Source: a virus
Virus record (IMG/VR): IMGVR_UViG_3300035704_000007
Span: 2,946 to 66,945 of that record
DNA length: 64,000 nt
Strand: one strand, 5' to 3'
Shown: positions 36,101-45,786 of the stretch, in pieces
Layout of the letters: each line of letters starts with the position of its first letter
Numbering within the stretch: the stretch's first letter is position 1
The notes under the pieces: model-generated
Told to the model about the DNA's origin: nothing
The model's database searches: none
The model's input: the letters and a program-made list of their open reading frames with translations, nothing else
Program-made: the position numbers and the translations under genes

Positions 36101-36808
36101 CGAGTCGGTGATCCGCGCGAAGTCGAGCTCCGTCTTCGTCAGGTCTTCCAGCGCCTTGCCGGTCAACCCGGTGCGCGCCGCCACGTCGCCGATGGCTTCG
36201 CCCACCGTCTTCATGCTCTGCGGCACGCTGACGGCAACTTTTTTGAGGCTCTCGTCCAGGCCGGTGAGTTGGCTGCCCTGCGCGCCGGTGCGAGTGCGGA
36301 TCTCCGCTTCTGCCCCCTGCACGTCATAGCCGGAAGCAGCGGCGGCCGCGCCGAGACCCAGGAGCGGCACCGAGACGGCCGAGGTGAGACCGCTGCCCAC
36401 CGTCTGCAGGTTGCGCGCCGCGTTCCGCTTCGCCACGGCCAGCGCCTCATAAGCGGCCGCCTGCTGCTTGACTTCGACCAGCTCGGCCCGGCGCGCGTTG
36501 GAAAGCCCGCTGTAACGAGCGCCGACCTGGGCGACCAGCTTATCTTCCCCCGCCAGCATCTCGGAGAGCTTCGCCCGCGCCGCCGTCAGCTCCCGGTCGA
36601 GGGCGATCTCCTGCCGCTTCACCGTGGCGCTGCGGGCGGCTGAAGCCGTGGCTTCCGCTTCCACCTTCAGGTGCGCGGCCAGGCCCGCCGCCATCTTCTG
36701 CGTCTCGGTGGTGGCCGCTTTCATCGCCGTGATCGACTCGGCCAGGGAGGCTTTGAACTGCGTGGTGTCCAAAGCGAGGACCGAGCGCAGGCTAGATACG
36801 TCTATCAT
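33173..36808 (-). CDS. Tape measure protein
   Basis: 1211 aa, Ala-rich helical; position; HFASGG..VGEGGSETF C-terminus. Confidence 0.9.
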   Translation of the reverse strand: MIDVSSLRSVLALDTTQFKASLAESITAMKAATTETQKMAAGLAAHLKVEAEATASAARSATVKRQEIALDRELTAARAKLSEMLAGEDKLVAQVGARYSGLSNARRAELVEVKQQAAAYEALAVAKRNAARNLQTVGSGLTSAVSVPLLGLGAAAAASGYDVQGAEAEIRTRTGAQGSQLTGLDESLKKVAVSVPQSMKTVGEAIGDVAARTGLTGKALEDLTKTELDFARITDSQVAPLIKATTQLFTAWGISARDQIPVLDLLNRAHEKTGVSAQKLAEELTRFSPVFHTMNLGIVDSVALLASFEKAGIPPTVVMRGLTQEMSKLAKAGVTDAHRAFQIIVADIEHAKTPMDALKEATRLFGARVGNDLVQDIRSGKLSLEGLEKALTDGSDTIAKAAAQTRTFGVVFGEFRNQVEVALAPLGLILLKVAAQILDGLKPLLDLVKDGIDWFSQLSTGGQEAILGIAAAAALLGPAAVKMGEFVKTVIDMKKAALELSVVTQVATGTGAGGVVGGLAKIGFAAIALGALWVGVFAAMGIAAAAFQTNWHGITDDAVRGTRILGGAAEKLPGKVFDLFKPGAPRVGLGGAYQQALGEAAGDERALDKQLGPSYFQQPGATKPKGAAESALDKVLADYKTTLARLNSLTSKGGGTGESDADIRDKLAKAGAGAAKLTPAQQESKSLDAALDAERERHTQLIAGEGNVAAQVAGRFHLLHDARVQELIDLTTADKALEKKNSANERATQTTEQLRAKIAEMNAQIRGAPKSAAEQVSAQFAGADPGPRASAVAAATEEAATAARLHAVQSLRQQIATVEGQIRAGRGEDKNQPTTDALQIALKARLAALVQTNNAEKAIREAAAAATKADAKAQEDLLHRLAEGAKEVGTEHAKLTGTSKTLTEAQTLLNDAYNTGNPLLILWAQGLEDATKANEKLAQSQKDAQAAMEANNKLWDDAGKLAVAQGQRHAELTGTTKVLTEVQAALNQAFVEGDDALIMYLEGVEAATKANDTLAKNVAQQKKLIESVATGTADVLSNTLNNIWQHGFKGFFANIIDGFKNLFQSIALEIIRSAIRKKITDALTPTPGGSSSGSSAGLVGELINLGVGALGGGSSAGGGGSYDNSYGSHFASGGYVQAGVPITVGEGGSETFIPPTPGMILPHGATTQGMGTTVHQTFIIQTPNPQAFRQSQGQILADANRSAMLAARRGS

Positions 36809-36994
36809 TTAGCTTTTCTTCGCTCGCTGCATCGCTTCGTTTTCCGCCCAGTTCTCAGCAGAGATCGCCACGAGGGCGCGGTCTCTCCAATACGCCGGCA
36901 GTTCCTCCAGATCCAGTACGCTCACGCCGAGCCAAACCGCTGCCTTCTGGTCGAGGAACCATTCCGGGCATTCCCCCCGCACGCCGCCAGACAC
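36809..36994 (-). CDS. Tail assembly chaperone, second ORF
   Basis: Position before the tape measure gene. Confidence 0.6.
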   Translation of the reverse strand: MSGGVRGECPEWFLDQKAAVWLGVSVLDLEELPAYWRDRALVAISAENWAENEAMQRAKKS

Positions 36995-37353
36995 TAGGTA
37001 AAGCTTGAGCTGGCGGCCGGTGCTTCCGGGGATTGGCTCGGGAACAGATCGGCGACTATCTCCTTCACCACCGCATTGAGGAACTGCGGCGGCAATTCAT
37101 CGAGCGCCTCTTTGGTAAGTGGATACGGCTCCTTTCCGTCTAAAACATCCCACTTCACGATAATGCGTGAGAGGACGGCGACTGAGAACTCATCATCGAC
37201 CGTCTCGCCCTCGCCCTTGCTGCGGCTGCGGATCTCGCGCCATTCCCGAGTGCTCAAAGCGTTCTGGTTGTAGGTGACGCCCGCTTTCTCGTCGCCATAG
37301 CTGACGGTGACGGAGCTTTGCTTGTCGCGGACCCTATTGACGTGAATGGGCAT
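36994..37353 (-). CDS. Tail assembly chaperone
   Basis: Position; IVKWDV..YPLT.EAL..LP. Confidence 0.7.
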   Translation of the reverse strand: MPIHVNRVRDKQSSVTVSYGDEKAGVTYNQNALSTREWREIRSRSKGEGETVDDEFSVAVLSRIIVKWDVLDGKEPYPLTKEALDELPPQFLNAVVKEIVADLFPSQSPEAPAASSSFT

Positions 37354-37385
37354 GGGTTCTTTCTAAAGAGCCGTGACAGCGCAAC

Positions 37386-37892
37386 TTATGGGGGCCATGT
37401 TTCAGCCCGGATTATCCGACAAATAGATGAGACTGTTACGCCGTAGCGAACGGCTAACTGGCCCCGTGATGCATCGCCAGCCGCATGGCATCGGCGTATT
37501 TCAGCGGCCAATTCATGGTTGAGCTTGCTTGTCGGTGTATGACGCAGCCTGTCTCCTTTGGCCTGGCGCCCCTTACGATTTCTGTCCTGGTTGTTCTGGG
37601 CTCGGGTGCCCAAGAAGAGATGATCCGGCCGACAGCAAAGACGATTGTCGCACGTGTGGCACACGTCGAGATGAGCAGGAAGAAAAGAATGTGTGAGTTT
37701 CCATACAACCCGGCTCGCCTTTGTGCCCCGCTTTCCCGCCCACGTTGTCAGCCCGTAACCGCCGCTCGTACCTGCCGTCCAGTTCCAGCAGCCGCCGCCG
37801 AAAGTAACGTCAATATGACGCCAGAAACGCTGTTCCTCGCTGGCTGTCCGCCGCCGATAGGGTCGTTTGACGCCTGGATTTCCCTTTGGCAT
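37386..37892 (-). CDS. HNH homing endonuclease
   Basis: RFW..CWNWT..GYG..VCHTCDNRLCCRPDHLFLGT..NNQD. Confidence 0.9.
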   Translation of the reverse strand: MPKGNPGVKRPYRRRTASEEQRFWRHIDVTFGGGCWNWTAGTSGGYGLTTWAGKRGTKASRVVWKLTHSFLPAHLDVCHTCDNRLCCRPDHLFLGTRAQNNQDRNRKGRQAKGDRLRHTPTSKLNHELAAEIRRCHAAGDASRGQLAVRYGVTVSSICRIIRAETWPP

Positions 37893-37940
37893 GATGAATA
37901 CCTCCTGTAAGATAGTTCATCAAGTAGCCTTCCGTATCCT

Positions 37941-39209
37941 TCACAGAGCGGTTATTCCACAACTTACGTCCGCCTGCATGAAGCCGGCAAAAGTTGGATC
38001 GTAGATGGCTGCCAGCGTGTAAGTCGAGGAGTAGACCCCGGCGGCGTCCGCGCGCGTATTCGTAATGTATTTGAAGGGGAAGGTGAGCGAGAAGCGGTTC
38101 GGGAACCCGGCTTCCACTGCTGGCCCCCGGCAGAGGATGCGGCAGTAGCGCGTGTTCCGGGCCCGCAGGTCAGCCATCAGTGCCGCCGCGGCCGAGTCAT
38201 GCTCAAGGATCATCGTCGCGCGCGGCTCGACCGCTTTTGGGATAACGTAGCTAAAGGACGGGTCCGCATCGTTCAGGGTCATCGGGAACACGTACCGCTC
38301 CGGCATCGCGAACTCAAAGGAGGAGACACGGGAGAGCTTCGTCAGCCCGCCCGGTGTGGTCGTGGTGATCGTCGGCGGGCCGCCGGTGAACCCGGAGACC
38401 ACCAGCGTGGAGGCGTCGATGCCGGCCAGGTCGCCGGTAAAGGTGATGACATAGTTCGTGCCGGCGACGCCGGTCACGGTGGCATTATTAGTGCCGACGG
38501 TCGAGAGCCCCTGAAGAGCGGTCTGCAGGTTGGCCGTCGTGACCGCTACCGCCTGCGCCGCCGTCGACTGGCCTTCGTACGTGAGCACGAAGGTTCCGGT
38601 CGCGCCGTTGATCAAGAGCGTCTGCACCTCATTGACCGAGGTGCTGCTCCCGACGTAGACCGAGGCCGATTTCGGGTCTACCGGCAGCGCGGCAATGTCC
38701 GTTGGCGTCGGCGTGATCGTAATGCTCTCGCTTAACACCTGCCCCTGAATGGTGCCCGTCAGGCTGGCTTCGACATCCGTCCAGCGCATCGTCAGCGCGT
38801 TCACCACCGCATAGACCAACTGCTCTGCCTGCGCCGCCGTGCCCTTCTGGAGGGTGTAGGTCTGGAAGGCGTCGATGGCCCCGACCGAGGGCTTGAACGA
38901 CCACAGCCGCGTCAGCGAAGCGCCGGCGGGCGTCGTCGGCGAGGTCGTCTTTAGCAGGGAGGAGAGCAAGTAAGGGAGGTCATTAAAACATATAGTGCTA
39001 TTAGATATCGACGCGGTACTCGATTCTTTCCCCTGAACAGCCGTCGTCGGGGCAAGAAACCCGATGGGGGTATAAGGAGTCGTAGGAATCACCGGCGACG
39101 GGTCAAACCCGGTGCATAAAAGTCTGCGGTTACATGGGACAGCAACGCCTGGCGTGCTTTCCACACCCCACTGCCCCACATTAAGTGCGCTTGGTCTCTC
39201 TCCGGCCAT
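37941..39209 (-). CDS. Major tail protein
   Basis: Position; QWGVESTPG N-terminus; NEVQTL insertion domain. Confidence 0.75.
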   Translation of the reverse strand: MAGERPSALNVGQWGVESTPGVAVPCNRRLLCTGFDPSPVIPTTPYTPIGFLAPTTAVQGKESSTASISNSTICFNDLPYLLSSLLKTTSPTTPAGASLTRLWSFKPSVGAIDAFQTYTLQKGTAAQAEQLVYAVVNALTMRWTDVEASLTGTIQGQVLSESITITPTPTDIAALPVDPKSASVYVGSSTSVNEVQTLLINGATGTFVLTYEGQSTAAQAVAVTTANLQTALQGLSTVGTNNATVTGVAGTNYVITFTGDLAGIDASTLVVSGFTGGPPTITTTTPGGLTKLSRVSSFEFAMPERYVFPMTLNDADPSFSYVIPKAVEPRATMILEHDSAAAALMADLRARNTRYCRILCRGPAVEAGFPNRFSLTFPFKYITNTRADAAGVYSSTYTLAAIYDPTFAGFMQADVSCGITAL

Positions 39210-39226
39210 CTATATGCTCGCTTTCT

Positions 39227-39676
39227 TTAACTAATCGCCGTGCAGAAACCGCGATAGCGACCACCGAGGTGGTTGTATCTGATGCCGCTGGCGTCGACTT
39301 CTACGTAACGGATGGGCTCCTCACGGAACATTCCCATCACCTGCAAGTTGGCGCTCGGGATAGAGCCGCTCGCGCCCATCAAAAGTTGGTCGATCCGGTC
39401 GGCGATAGGGGCGGCGGAAGCAAAAGAGTTCGTCTTGGTAATCGCTCGGCAACTAAACAAGATTCTGGTGAAGGCTCGCCGGTCCCCGCCAATCACGTTC
39501 ACGTCCGGTGAAGAGATAAATGCCCAGACAACTACGGGCTCGATAGCACCCTCGGGTGCCTGCTCGGGATAGCACTTTGTGCCCCCTAGCAAGCTAAGCA
39601 TCGTCGCATCGGTAGACAACCGCTGGAAAATGAATTGGTCGAAAGCTTGTAGCTCATTCCCGGTCATGTCAGGCAC
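39227..39676 (-). CDS. Tail terminator-like protein
   Basis: L..DAT...LLG..CYPEQAPEGA..P.VV; position. Confidence 0.7.
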   Translation of the reverse strand: MPDMTGNELQAFDQFIFQRLSTDATMLSLLGGTKCYPEQAPEGAIEPVVVWAFISSPDVNVIGGDRRAFTRILFSCRAITKTNSFASAAPIADRIDQLLMGASGSIPSANLQVMGMFREEPIRYVEVDASGIRYNHLGGRYRGFCTAIS

Positions 39677-39734
39677 AATCCTGAAGGAAAATCGCGCCTG
39701 CTTGGCGAACTTTCAGGTAAGGAGTAAGCGTGCA

Positions 39735-40637
39735 ATGGGAAGGCCAAAGGGCTCTAAGAATGGGGTGCTTACGCTCGTTTGGATTGACTGCGAACGGTGC
39801 GGCACGCCGTTCAGTCGCCGTCCCGGTCACGCCCCAGGAGCAAAGTATTGCTCTCGCAAGTGCTATCGGCCCCCACGCCCGGACTATGTTTGCGAGACGT
39901 GCGGCAAAAGCTATCCGTACCATGCTTCCGTGCGGGGCCGCTTTTGCTCTTCGCTGTGCAAGCGGAACCGGGTGCAGAAATGCTGCCCCGAGTGTGGAAA
40001 GACTTTCGAGCCAACCGTGAGCAAAGCGGCAAAGTTCAATTACTGTTCGATTGGCTGCCGTCGCATCGCCGCAGAACGCGCTCGGGTGAAGATCACTTGC
40101 GAGACATGCGGAAAGCATTTCGAGCGGGTTCCGTCGCAGCCTGTCACAGGGAGGTATTGCTCCAACGAATGCCTGTATGCCAGAGGTCGGGCGACAATCG
40201 TCTGTGCCTACTGCGGCAAAGAGCGGACGGTCAAGAAATATCGCGCCGAGGAGGGGCAGCGATGCTGTTCCAACCGCTGTGCAACGCTCTTGCGGATGCG
40301 AGATGGGTTTGAGCCCGGCGACTTCGGGAACAAGCGCCGGTCGGGTTATCGCACGGACATCGAGCGGTTGACGGAGGCCGTGCTGCTTGAACTCAACATC
40401 ATCTATCTCTTCGAGCACAAGGTTAGTCGCTATTCGGTCGACTTTGCTTTGCCGCTTCACGGCATCGCGCTGGAATGTGACGGCTGGCAGCATTTGACCC
40501 TGGAGGGCCGCGAGCATGACAAAACCCGTGACGCATTTCTTGAGTCGCAAGGCTGGAGGGTCGTCCATGTGCTTGACCGCGAGATCCGCACGGATGCCGG
40601 AACAGCGATCCGGCGGGCTCTGGGAATCAAGAAGTAG
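39735..40637 (+). CDS. Multi-zinc-finger DUF559/Vsr-like endonuclease
   Basis: Five CxxCG..YCSxxC repeats; VDF..IALECDG..H..D..RDAFL..GWRV. Confidence 0.8.
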   Translation: MGRPKGSKNGVLTLVWIDCERCGTPFSRRPGHAPGAKYCSRKCYRPPRPDYVCETCGKSYPYHASVRGRFCSSLCKRNRVQKCCPECGKTFEPTVSKAAKFNYCSIGCRRIAAERARVKITCETCGKHFERVPSQPVTGRYCSNECLYARGRATIVCAYCGKERTVKKYRAEEGQRCCSNRCATLLRMRDGFEPGDFGNKRRSGYRTDIERLTEAVLLELNIIYLFEHKVSRYSVDFALPLHGIALECDGWQHLTLEGREHDKTRDAFLESQGWRVVHVLDREIRTDAGTAIRRALGIKK

Positions 40638-40642
40638 GTGAG

Positions 40643-41047
40643 TCATGGTGCGGGTGGTTCCTTCGGCTGCCCCTTGCCGCCCGATGCCGACGCTACTCGT
40701 TCCACGGCGGAGGCTACTACGCCCGGCAACCGTCCTTCGGCAGCGTCGATAGCAGCGCCTAAAAATGGCCGGCCAGCGCGACCACGGGCACCCTCGTGAA
40801 CGTACTGGCCGTATTCGACCCCATCATGGAGCGTCACTTCTAACGGCCCGGTTTCGGTAGCAGCGAGCGAGTCGCGCAGAGTGCCCGGCGGGTTGCCGTG
40901 GCTGCCATCCTGCGAGACAGGGCAGCGCGTCTTCGCGTCATCAATGACCGCCTGTCCGTAGGCCAGCAGCGCCTCTTCCAGCCCGGCATCCACCGCCAGC
41001 CCGAGCTTCTCCAGCACACTGACATCGAGGGTCACACTGCTCGGCAT
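40643..41047 (-). CDS. Tail completion protein (HK97 gp10-like)
   Basis: AKTRCPV..GTLRDS..YGQYVHEG..RPFL. Confidence 0.75.
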   Translation of the reverse strand: MPSSVTLDVSVLEKLGLAVDAGLEEALLAYGQAVIDDAKTRCPVSQDGSHGNPPGTLRDSLAATETGPLEVTLHDGVEYGQYVHEGARGRAGRPFLGAAIDAAEGRLPGVVASAVERVASASGGKGQPKEPPAP

Positions 41048-41442
41048 CAGACCGCCCCTCCGTAGACGCTGGGCAAGATGGTGAGAAACCCGCGCGCGAG
41101 CGTCCAGATATCGCCGCTGCCATCCTTGCCGCGCAGATCGCAGAAGAGTTTCAGCGGCACGTTGGCGAGCGCGCTGGTATCTGCCTCGGCGATAGACACC
41201 TGCAGCAGCCCGGAGAGGGGCGTCGTCTTCGTGATGCCGGCACTGCCCCCGGTCAGCGTCTTCTGGAACACCGCCGCGCTGTCCGGATCCCCGACCCGCT
41301 TCTTCGCCGTGAACCAGAACTGCGTCCAGGCCGTGACATCCGTCGCCACGCCGTCGATCTTGACCGTCACTGCCAGTAAGAACCTGTCGCCGTGTGAGAA
41401 GGTCGATGAAAAATCAGAAAAGGGACCTGCGGCTGCCATCAA
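41047..41442 (-). CDS. Virion accessory beta-sandwich protein
   Basis: GD...L.VTV...G..D.T..FTAK pattern; in the morphogenesis operon. Confidence 0.5.
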   Translation of the reverse strand: MMAAAGPFSDFSSTFSHGDRFLLAVTVKIDGVATDVTAWTQFWFTAKKRVGDPDSAAVFQKTLTGGSAGITKTTPLSGLLQVSIAEADTSALANVPLKLFCDLRGKDGSGDIWTLARGFLTILPSVYGGAV

Positions 41443-41720
41443 CTCTCCACCACCGTTCCCGTCCGCACCCCAGCCGTGCCCACAGAACCGCCTCTCGCGC
41501 CCGGAGGCGCTTCCGAGCCGCTGCGATGGCCTGCCGCCCCAATGCCGCCCAATCGCACGCCCAGGGCCGCCTCCGTGCCCGCGTGGACCGAGAGCGCCAG
41601 CACCGTGCCGCGCGGGTTGCCCAGTGCCGCGGCCAGCGCGAACCGCTCCAGCCGCACCACGAACGGTGGCCCGAGTTGCTTGCCCGTCCGCAGGGCCGGA
41701 GCGTGATAGCGCCAGGGCAT
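41439..41720 (-). CDS. Hypothetical protein
   Basis: Coupled ORF in operon. Confidence 0.4.
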   Translation of the reverse strand: MPWRYHAPALRTGKQLGPPFVVRLERFALAAALGNPRGTVLALSVHAGTEAALGVRLGGIGAAGHRSGSEAPPGARGGSVGTAGVRTGTVVES

Positions 41721-42424
41721 TAGCTGACTCTCGCGACGGAGCTAGTCAGAAGGTTGCCGCTCCCATCGAAGGTATTAGTCACGTCGTACCGGTGCAGGAC
41801 ACCCGTCGCCCCATCATTCGTCTGAGCATGAAGCAGGCTATCGTAAAGAAAAAGAGAATAGCTGGCCAGCCCGCCGCCGCTGTACACGGTATTCCGCAGG
41901 CCCGAGTTTTGGCCGAGCAGCCCGTGCACCTCGGTCAACTCCAGCGCCGCGCTGCCAATCGTCGCGTTGTCCGGCGCCGTGTAACTCACCGCCGCCAGCC
42001 GGGTCGAGGTCGCCGCGTCGACGTTCGTCTTCACCTGCAGCCCGATACTGGACGCGGCCGAGACCGACGCGGCCAGCACGTCCCAAACCGCCTGACCGAG
42101 CGCCGTGGAGAAGGCCGTCAGCGTGCGGCTGGCGCTCGTCCACACCTTATCCGCCGCGCTCTGGAGAATGTCGACCGTGAAAGCAAAGGCAGTGAGGGTA
42201 CGGGTGGGCACTGTCCAGACCGAGGCCGGCACCGCGGACGTGCGAGAATCAGCGTTCTCCGACTCGGCTGCATTCAGCGCCGCGACCGCCTTGACCACTC
42301 CCGAGGCCGAAAACACCACGCAGCCCTGCTGCCCGTCAATGATGCTGCCGGTCCACTCGTAACAGCCGCCGCCCAACTCCACGAAGCCACTGGTGACGGC
42401 GGCCCCGACGTTCGTGCCGCTCAC
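41720..42424 (-). CDS. Hypothetical virion protein (5' end uncertain)
   Basis: VW...TRTLT repeats. Confidence 0.55.
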   Translation of the reverse strand: MSGTNVGAAVTSGFVELGGGCYEWTGSIIDGQQGCVVFSASGVVKAVAALNAAESENADSRTSAVPASVWTVPTRTLTAFAFTVDILQSAADKVWTSASRTLTAFSTALGQAVWDVLAASVSAASSIGLQVKTNVDAATSTRLAAVSYTAPDNATIGSAALELTEVHGLLGQNSGLRNTVYSGGGLASYSLFLYDSLLHAQTNDGATGVLHRYDVTNTFDGSGNLLTSSVARVS

Positions 42425-42532
42425 ATCTTTGGTCTGTGCGGCCAGCGTCAGGCTCGTATTGCTGGCACCGAGAGCCAGCGCGAAGGTGAGAGAGTGAGCG
42501 ATGGCTTTGCTCCCCGGAGGTGGGGCGTGGAC

Positions 42533-43426
42533 TCACGCCGTCGCGGCCAGCAGCCCGTTCGCCGCTAACGACGCCCGGATAACGGTCAGCGCCGCCTTCA
42601 CTGCGACCATATCGGCCTGGGCATAGGCGGCGCCCGCCGCGATGCCGGAGACGCCAGCCGCCGAAGCGTTGGCCTGGCGGACGACGGGGTCAACGCCGAA
42701 GAAGCTCACCTTATCCGGCTGAAAGTCCATCAGCGTGACACTGGACCCATTGACTCTGATCTGCAAATCCTGCCCGGACAGCGCGCCGGTGTCGTCTACC
42801 AATGCGAGGCCGATGATGTCGGCGATCAGCCCTACTCTGCTGCCGACTGGCGCTGCGGCGTTCAGGGTGAAGTACTGCAGAAACCCCCCCGCTCGGCTGG
42901 CCCCGTCAACCTGTAACCCCACAAAATCCATGTTGCCGCCGGTGGGGGTGATGGTAACAATAGCGTCGAAACTGTCGCCCCAGTCCGCGGAGAAGGCTTC
43001 ATATTGCTCGGCCGTCGTCCCAGCCAGTCCGATGAGCCGGTTGGCGAACAAGTCGCCATTCGGCCGGCTGTAGACGAGATCCGCGCTGCCGGCAGCGTTC
43101 TGCTGCAGGAGCACCGGGCTCGCCTGCGCGTCGGAGAATGGCTTGAGAGTCAGATCCGCGGCGTCCGCCGTCGCCTCGATGACGTTGGTCGTCGAAAGCG
43201 CCGGCGCCAGCGACACAAAGGCCCCGCCGCCCCCGGAAGGCGTCTCCCACGTCGGATCAACCCCCGGCCCGTGAGTAGTCAGTACCTTGCCGTCCGTGTC
43301 CGGCGGCAGGGCGGTCCAGAACGTCGCCGATTTGTAGAAGACGGCTCCTTGCGCGGGTGTGGCGCCGACGTTCACATCAGCGGCCAGATCATTGAGCCCG
43401 GCTGGTACGAACACTGCCAATGGCAT
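42533..43426 (-). CDS. Hypothetical virion/fibre protein
   Basis: GKVLT..G..PTW; FFGV.PV.RQ..L...GL motif of phage fibres. Confidence 0.6.
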   Translation of the reverse strand: MPLAVFVPAGLNDLAADVNVGATPAQGAVFYKSATFWTALPPDTDGKVLTTHGPGVDPTWETPSGGGGAFVSLAPALSTTNVIEATADAADLTLKPFSDAQASPVLLQQNAAGSADLVYSRPNGDLFANRLIGLAGTTAEQYEAFSADWGDSFDAIVTITPTGGNMDFVGLQVDGASRAGGFLQYFTLNAAAPVGSRVGLIADIIGLALVDDTGALSGQDLQIRVNGSSVTLMDFQPDKVSFFGVDPVVRQANASAAGVSGIAAGAAYAQADMVAVKAALTVIRASLAANGLLAATA

Positions 43427-43594
43427 TTAGTCCTTCTCTTCCTCGGCGTCATCCAACGCCGCTAACGCCGCTTTGGCCTGCCGATAATCCAGCCACGCCG
43501 AGTGCACCCGCGCCGCCGCCTGCACCCGCGCCTGCTGCTGCAAACTCGCCTGCTGTTCCGGGGTCAGGTGCTTCAAGTGAGTTTCTTTGGCCAT
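43427..43594 (-). CDS. Small hypothetical protein (not in ORF track)
   Basis: MAKETHLKHLTPEQQASLQQ.. fills the gap exactly. Confidence 0.55.
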   Translation of the reverse strand: MAKETHLKHLTPEQQASLQQQARVQAAARVHSAWLDYRQAKAALAALDDAEEEKD

Positions 43595-43596
43595 GA

Positions 43597-43959
43597 TTAG
43601 TGGATCAACCGCAGGGAGACCCGGAGGCTGGCACCGTCCGTGCTGGCATCCGAGTGCTCCACCACCTCGAAGACAAAATTATTGATCGTCAGGGTATCGG
43701 TCGGCAGCACGCTGGTGCCGTGCGGCAGATAGGCGGTCCACGTCGTCTGCGCCACCACGCGCCCGCCCTCGACGCGCTCCGTCGACGTGAAGGGCCGGCC
43801 CTCCAGCCGCACCGGATACGGCCCGAAGGTCTCGAAGCTGTCCGACTCACCGCCCGAGCTATCCTGGCCGTGGGTGGTGCGCGTGAGCAGGGCTTGATCC
43901 GTCATCAGCCGAAGCTGGCGGCTGGTCAGGAGCCCCAGGCGGCGCGTTGCCGTGGCCAT
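43597..43959 (-). CDS. Head closure (stopper) protein
   Basis: QDSSGG..LPHGTSVLPTDTLTI..FEV. Confidence 0.7.
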   Translation of the reverse strand: MATATRRLGLLTSRQLRLMTDQALLTRTTHGQDSSGGESDSFETFGPYPVRLEGRPFTSTERVEGGRVVAQTTWTAYLPHGTSVLPTDTLTINNFVFEVVEHSDASTDGASLRVSLRLIH

Positions 43960-44417
43960 CAGCGAGCGCGTCCCCCGCCCCGCGCCAGCCACACGGAGGG
44001 CAGGGGCGTCACCGTGCCGCGCAGGTTGATGGCGTCGTTCAGGTAGGCGCTCAACTCCCGGTTGGCCATGCTTCTTAGAGTGGCAGACCTTTGTAGCAAG
44101 TCCGGTGCCTTCAGAGACAAGTGATAATCACCGAGCGCCTCACTGACTAGATTAGGAAGCGCCGGGCAGATCCTGGCTGCGGTCAACAGAATGACTGCCC
44201 GCGTTACGAACGCCCAGCGCACCGGGTCGGTCGCCTCATAGGTCAGCGCCAGCGGGTCGCGGGACAGCACTTCACTCTCGGCAGCGGGCCCGTAGACGAC
44301 GCTCTCGATGATGCTATCAGGCAAGCTATTGCTATCCAGGGAAGAATCAATCGCAGACCTGATCTGATCGTAATAGACCGGCTCTAAGATTTGGAGGAGC
44401 AGGCTGGCGGCTGGCAT
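43959..44417 (-). CDS. Head-tail adaptor
   Basis: Position; SEALGDYH motif. Confidence 0.6.
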   Translation of the reverse strand: MPAASLLLQILEPVYYDQIRSAIDSSLDSNSLPDSIIESVVYGPAAESEVLSRDPLALTYEATDPVRWAFVTRAVILLTAARICPALPNLVSEALGDYHLSLKAPDLLQRSATLRSMANRELSAYLNDAINLRGTVTPLPSVWLARGGGRAR

Positions 44418-44728
44418 CAGGCGCCCTGCAATGACAGCATGTCCAAGAGGGCGCTCGTGGCCGATTCTATTTGTGCATCGGTGGCGGCAGCGAGGGTCGT
44501 CTGCGCCGCTACGGTGGCATCCACGGCGACCAGCACGGCGCACCGCTGTGCGTAGCCGCTCGGGTTGGCCAGGATGCGGCCCACGAGCAGGAGCCGCACC
44601 GCGTGGTTCGTGGTGCCCGCTGCCTCATTCTGGATGGCCGGACATGCCTTCAAAAGAGCCGCCTTCACCCTCGCCACGTGCAGCGCGTCCGTGTCCGACT
44701 GGCCGGCGGTCAGATCATTAGTTGCCAT
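44417..44728 (-). CDS. Hypothetical protein
   Basis: Coupled ORF. Confidence 0.55.
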   Translation of the reverse strand: MATNDLTAGQSDTDALHVARVKAALLKACPAIQNEAAGTTNHAVRLLLVGRILANPSGYAQRCAVLVAVDATVAAQTTLAAATDAQIESATSALLDMLSLQGA

Positions 44729-44730
44729 CG

Positions 44731-45774
44731 CTACTTTAGCTCCGAAACATCGAGACGGTAGGTGAAGCTGGGAGTGGTGCCGCCGAGCGTGGAAACGAGC
44801 CGATAACTGCGGGGGAGTTGACCGTTATATTGCTTGCCGGTCGTGGTCAGCTTCTCGACGATGCCGGGGCAAATCTTCAGGGTATCACTGCCAGTCGTAG
44901 TCTTCTGCGCGAAGGCGACGGCATTCCCGGCTGAGTCGGTGAGATCAAAGAACGTGCCCGCGCCGTCCGCGATCTGGACTTTGACATCGAGGGTCGGCGT
45001 CGTGCCGGAGGCGGCGGTGATGTTCAATGTCAGGATGGCGCCGGCGTTGTTGTAGTTGGTTTGCGGGGTGTGGTTGGTGGCGCCGACCGTCGTGTTCGTG
45101 CCATTAAACTGGTTGGTGGTGACGTTGTTCCGCACCCGGTCCCAGGTCGTGCCGTTATAGGAGCCGCCATAGGTCGCGACCTGCAATGCGGCAAAAGTGG
45201 TGGCGGCCGCGTCGCTGCTTCCCTGGATACCCGCACCGATCAGGTTCACGCCGCTGTACAGGGAGGTGCGGAGGTTCGGGGTGGCGGCGGACTGCACCTG
45301 TAGACTGTTCACGGTCGTGCCACCCGCCGGATCGACGCCGCCGTTCAGGATGGGATTTCCCGCCGGGACGGCGCCCGCTGCCGCCGTTCCCTGCACGTTC
45401 AGCGTGGCCGCCTCCACCAGCCCCTGTCCCGCGCGCAAAGTCGCGGTGATCGGTCCCGAGGTAAAGGCCGTGCAGCGCACCCGCACCCGCGCCAGGCCCG
45501 CCCCCGAGACGAACCGCCGCCCCGCCGCCGAAAGCGTCGCCGTCGCCACGGTCAGCGAAGCGTTGAGCGCCACTGGCGTGAACCAGTCCGCCCCCGCCGG
45601 CCCGGCCTCCGCTATCGCCTCGATGACCAGGGTGGCCGTAAACGCGCCTTCCAGGTCCAGCGAGACGGCCGGATGGTCCTCGACGCCGATGTCGAGAAAC
45701 GAGCCGGCCGGCGGATTGACGCCGCCGGTGCCGTCGACCAGGGTAATGCTGCCGCTGTTGACGAGATCAGGCAT
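44731..45774 (-). CDS. Hypothetical virion protein
   Basis: Thr/Gly/Ala-rich; YNGTTWDR; SGTTPTLDVKVQ. Confidence 0.6.
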   Translation of the reverse strand: MPDLVNSGSITLVDGTGGVNPPAGSFLDIGVEDHPAVSLDLEGAFTATLVIEAIAEAGPAGADWFTPVALNASLTVATATLSAAGRRFVSGAGLARVRVRCTAFTSGPITATLRAGQGLVEAATLNVQGTAAAGAVPAGNPILNGGVDPAGGTTVNSLQVQSAATPNLRTSLYSGVNLIGAGIQGSSDAAATTFAALQVATYGGSYNGTTWDRVRNNVTTNQFNGTNTTVGATNHTPQTNYNNAGAILTLNITAASGTTPTLDVKVQIADGAGTFFDLTDSAGNAVAFAQKTTTGSDTLKICPGIVEKLTTTGKQYNGQLPRSYRLVSTLGGTTPSFTYRLDVSELK

Positions 45775-45786
45775 CGCTGGCTTTCT

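Noticed and set aside
36994-37050. Programmed -1 frameshift between the tail chaperone ORFs
   Set aside because: The downstream frame is open upstream, but I see no canonical XXXYYYZ slippery site, and the TAGTG overlap allows reinitiation
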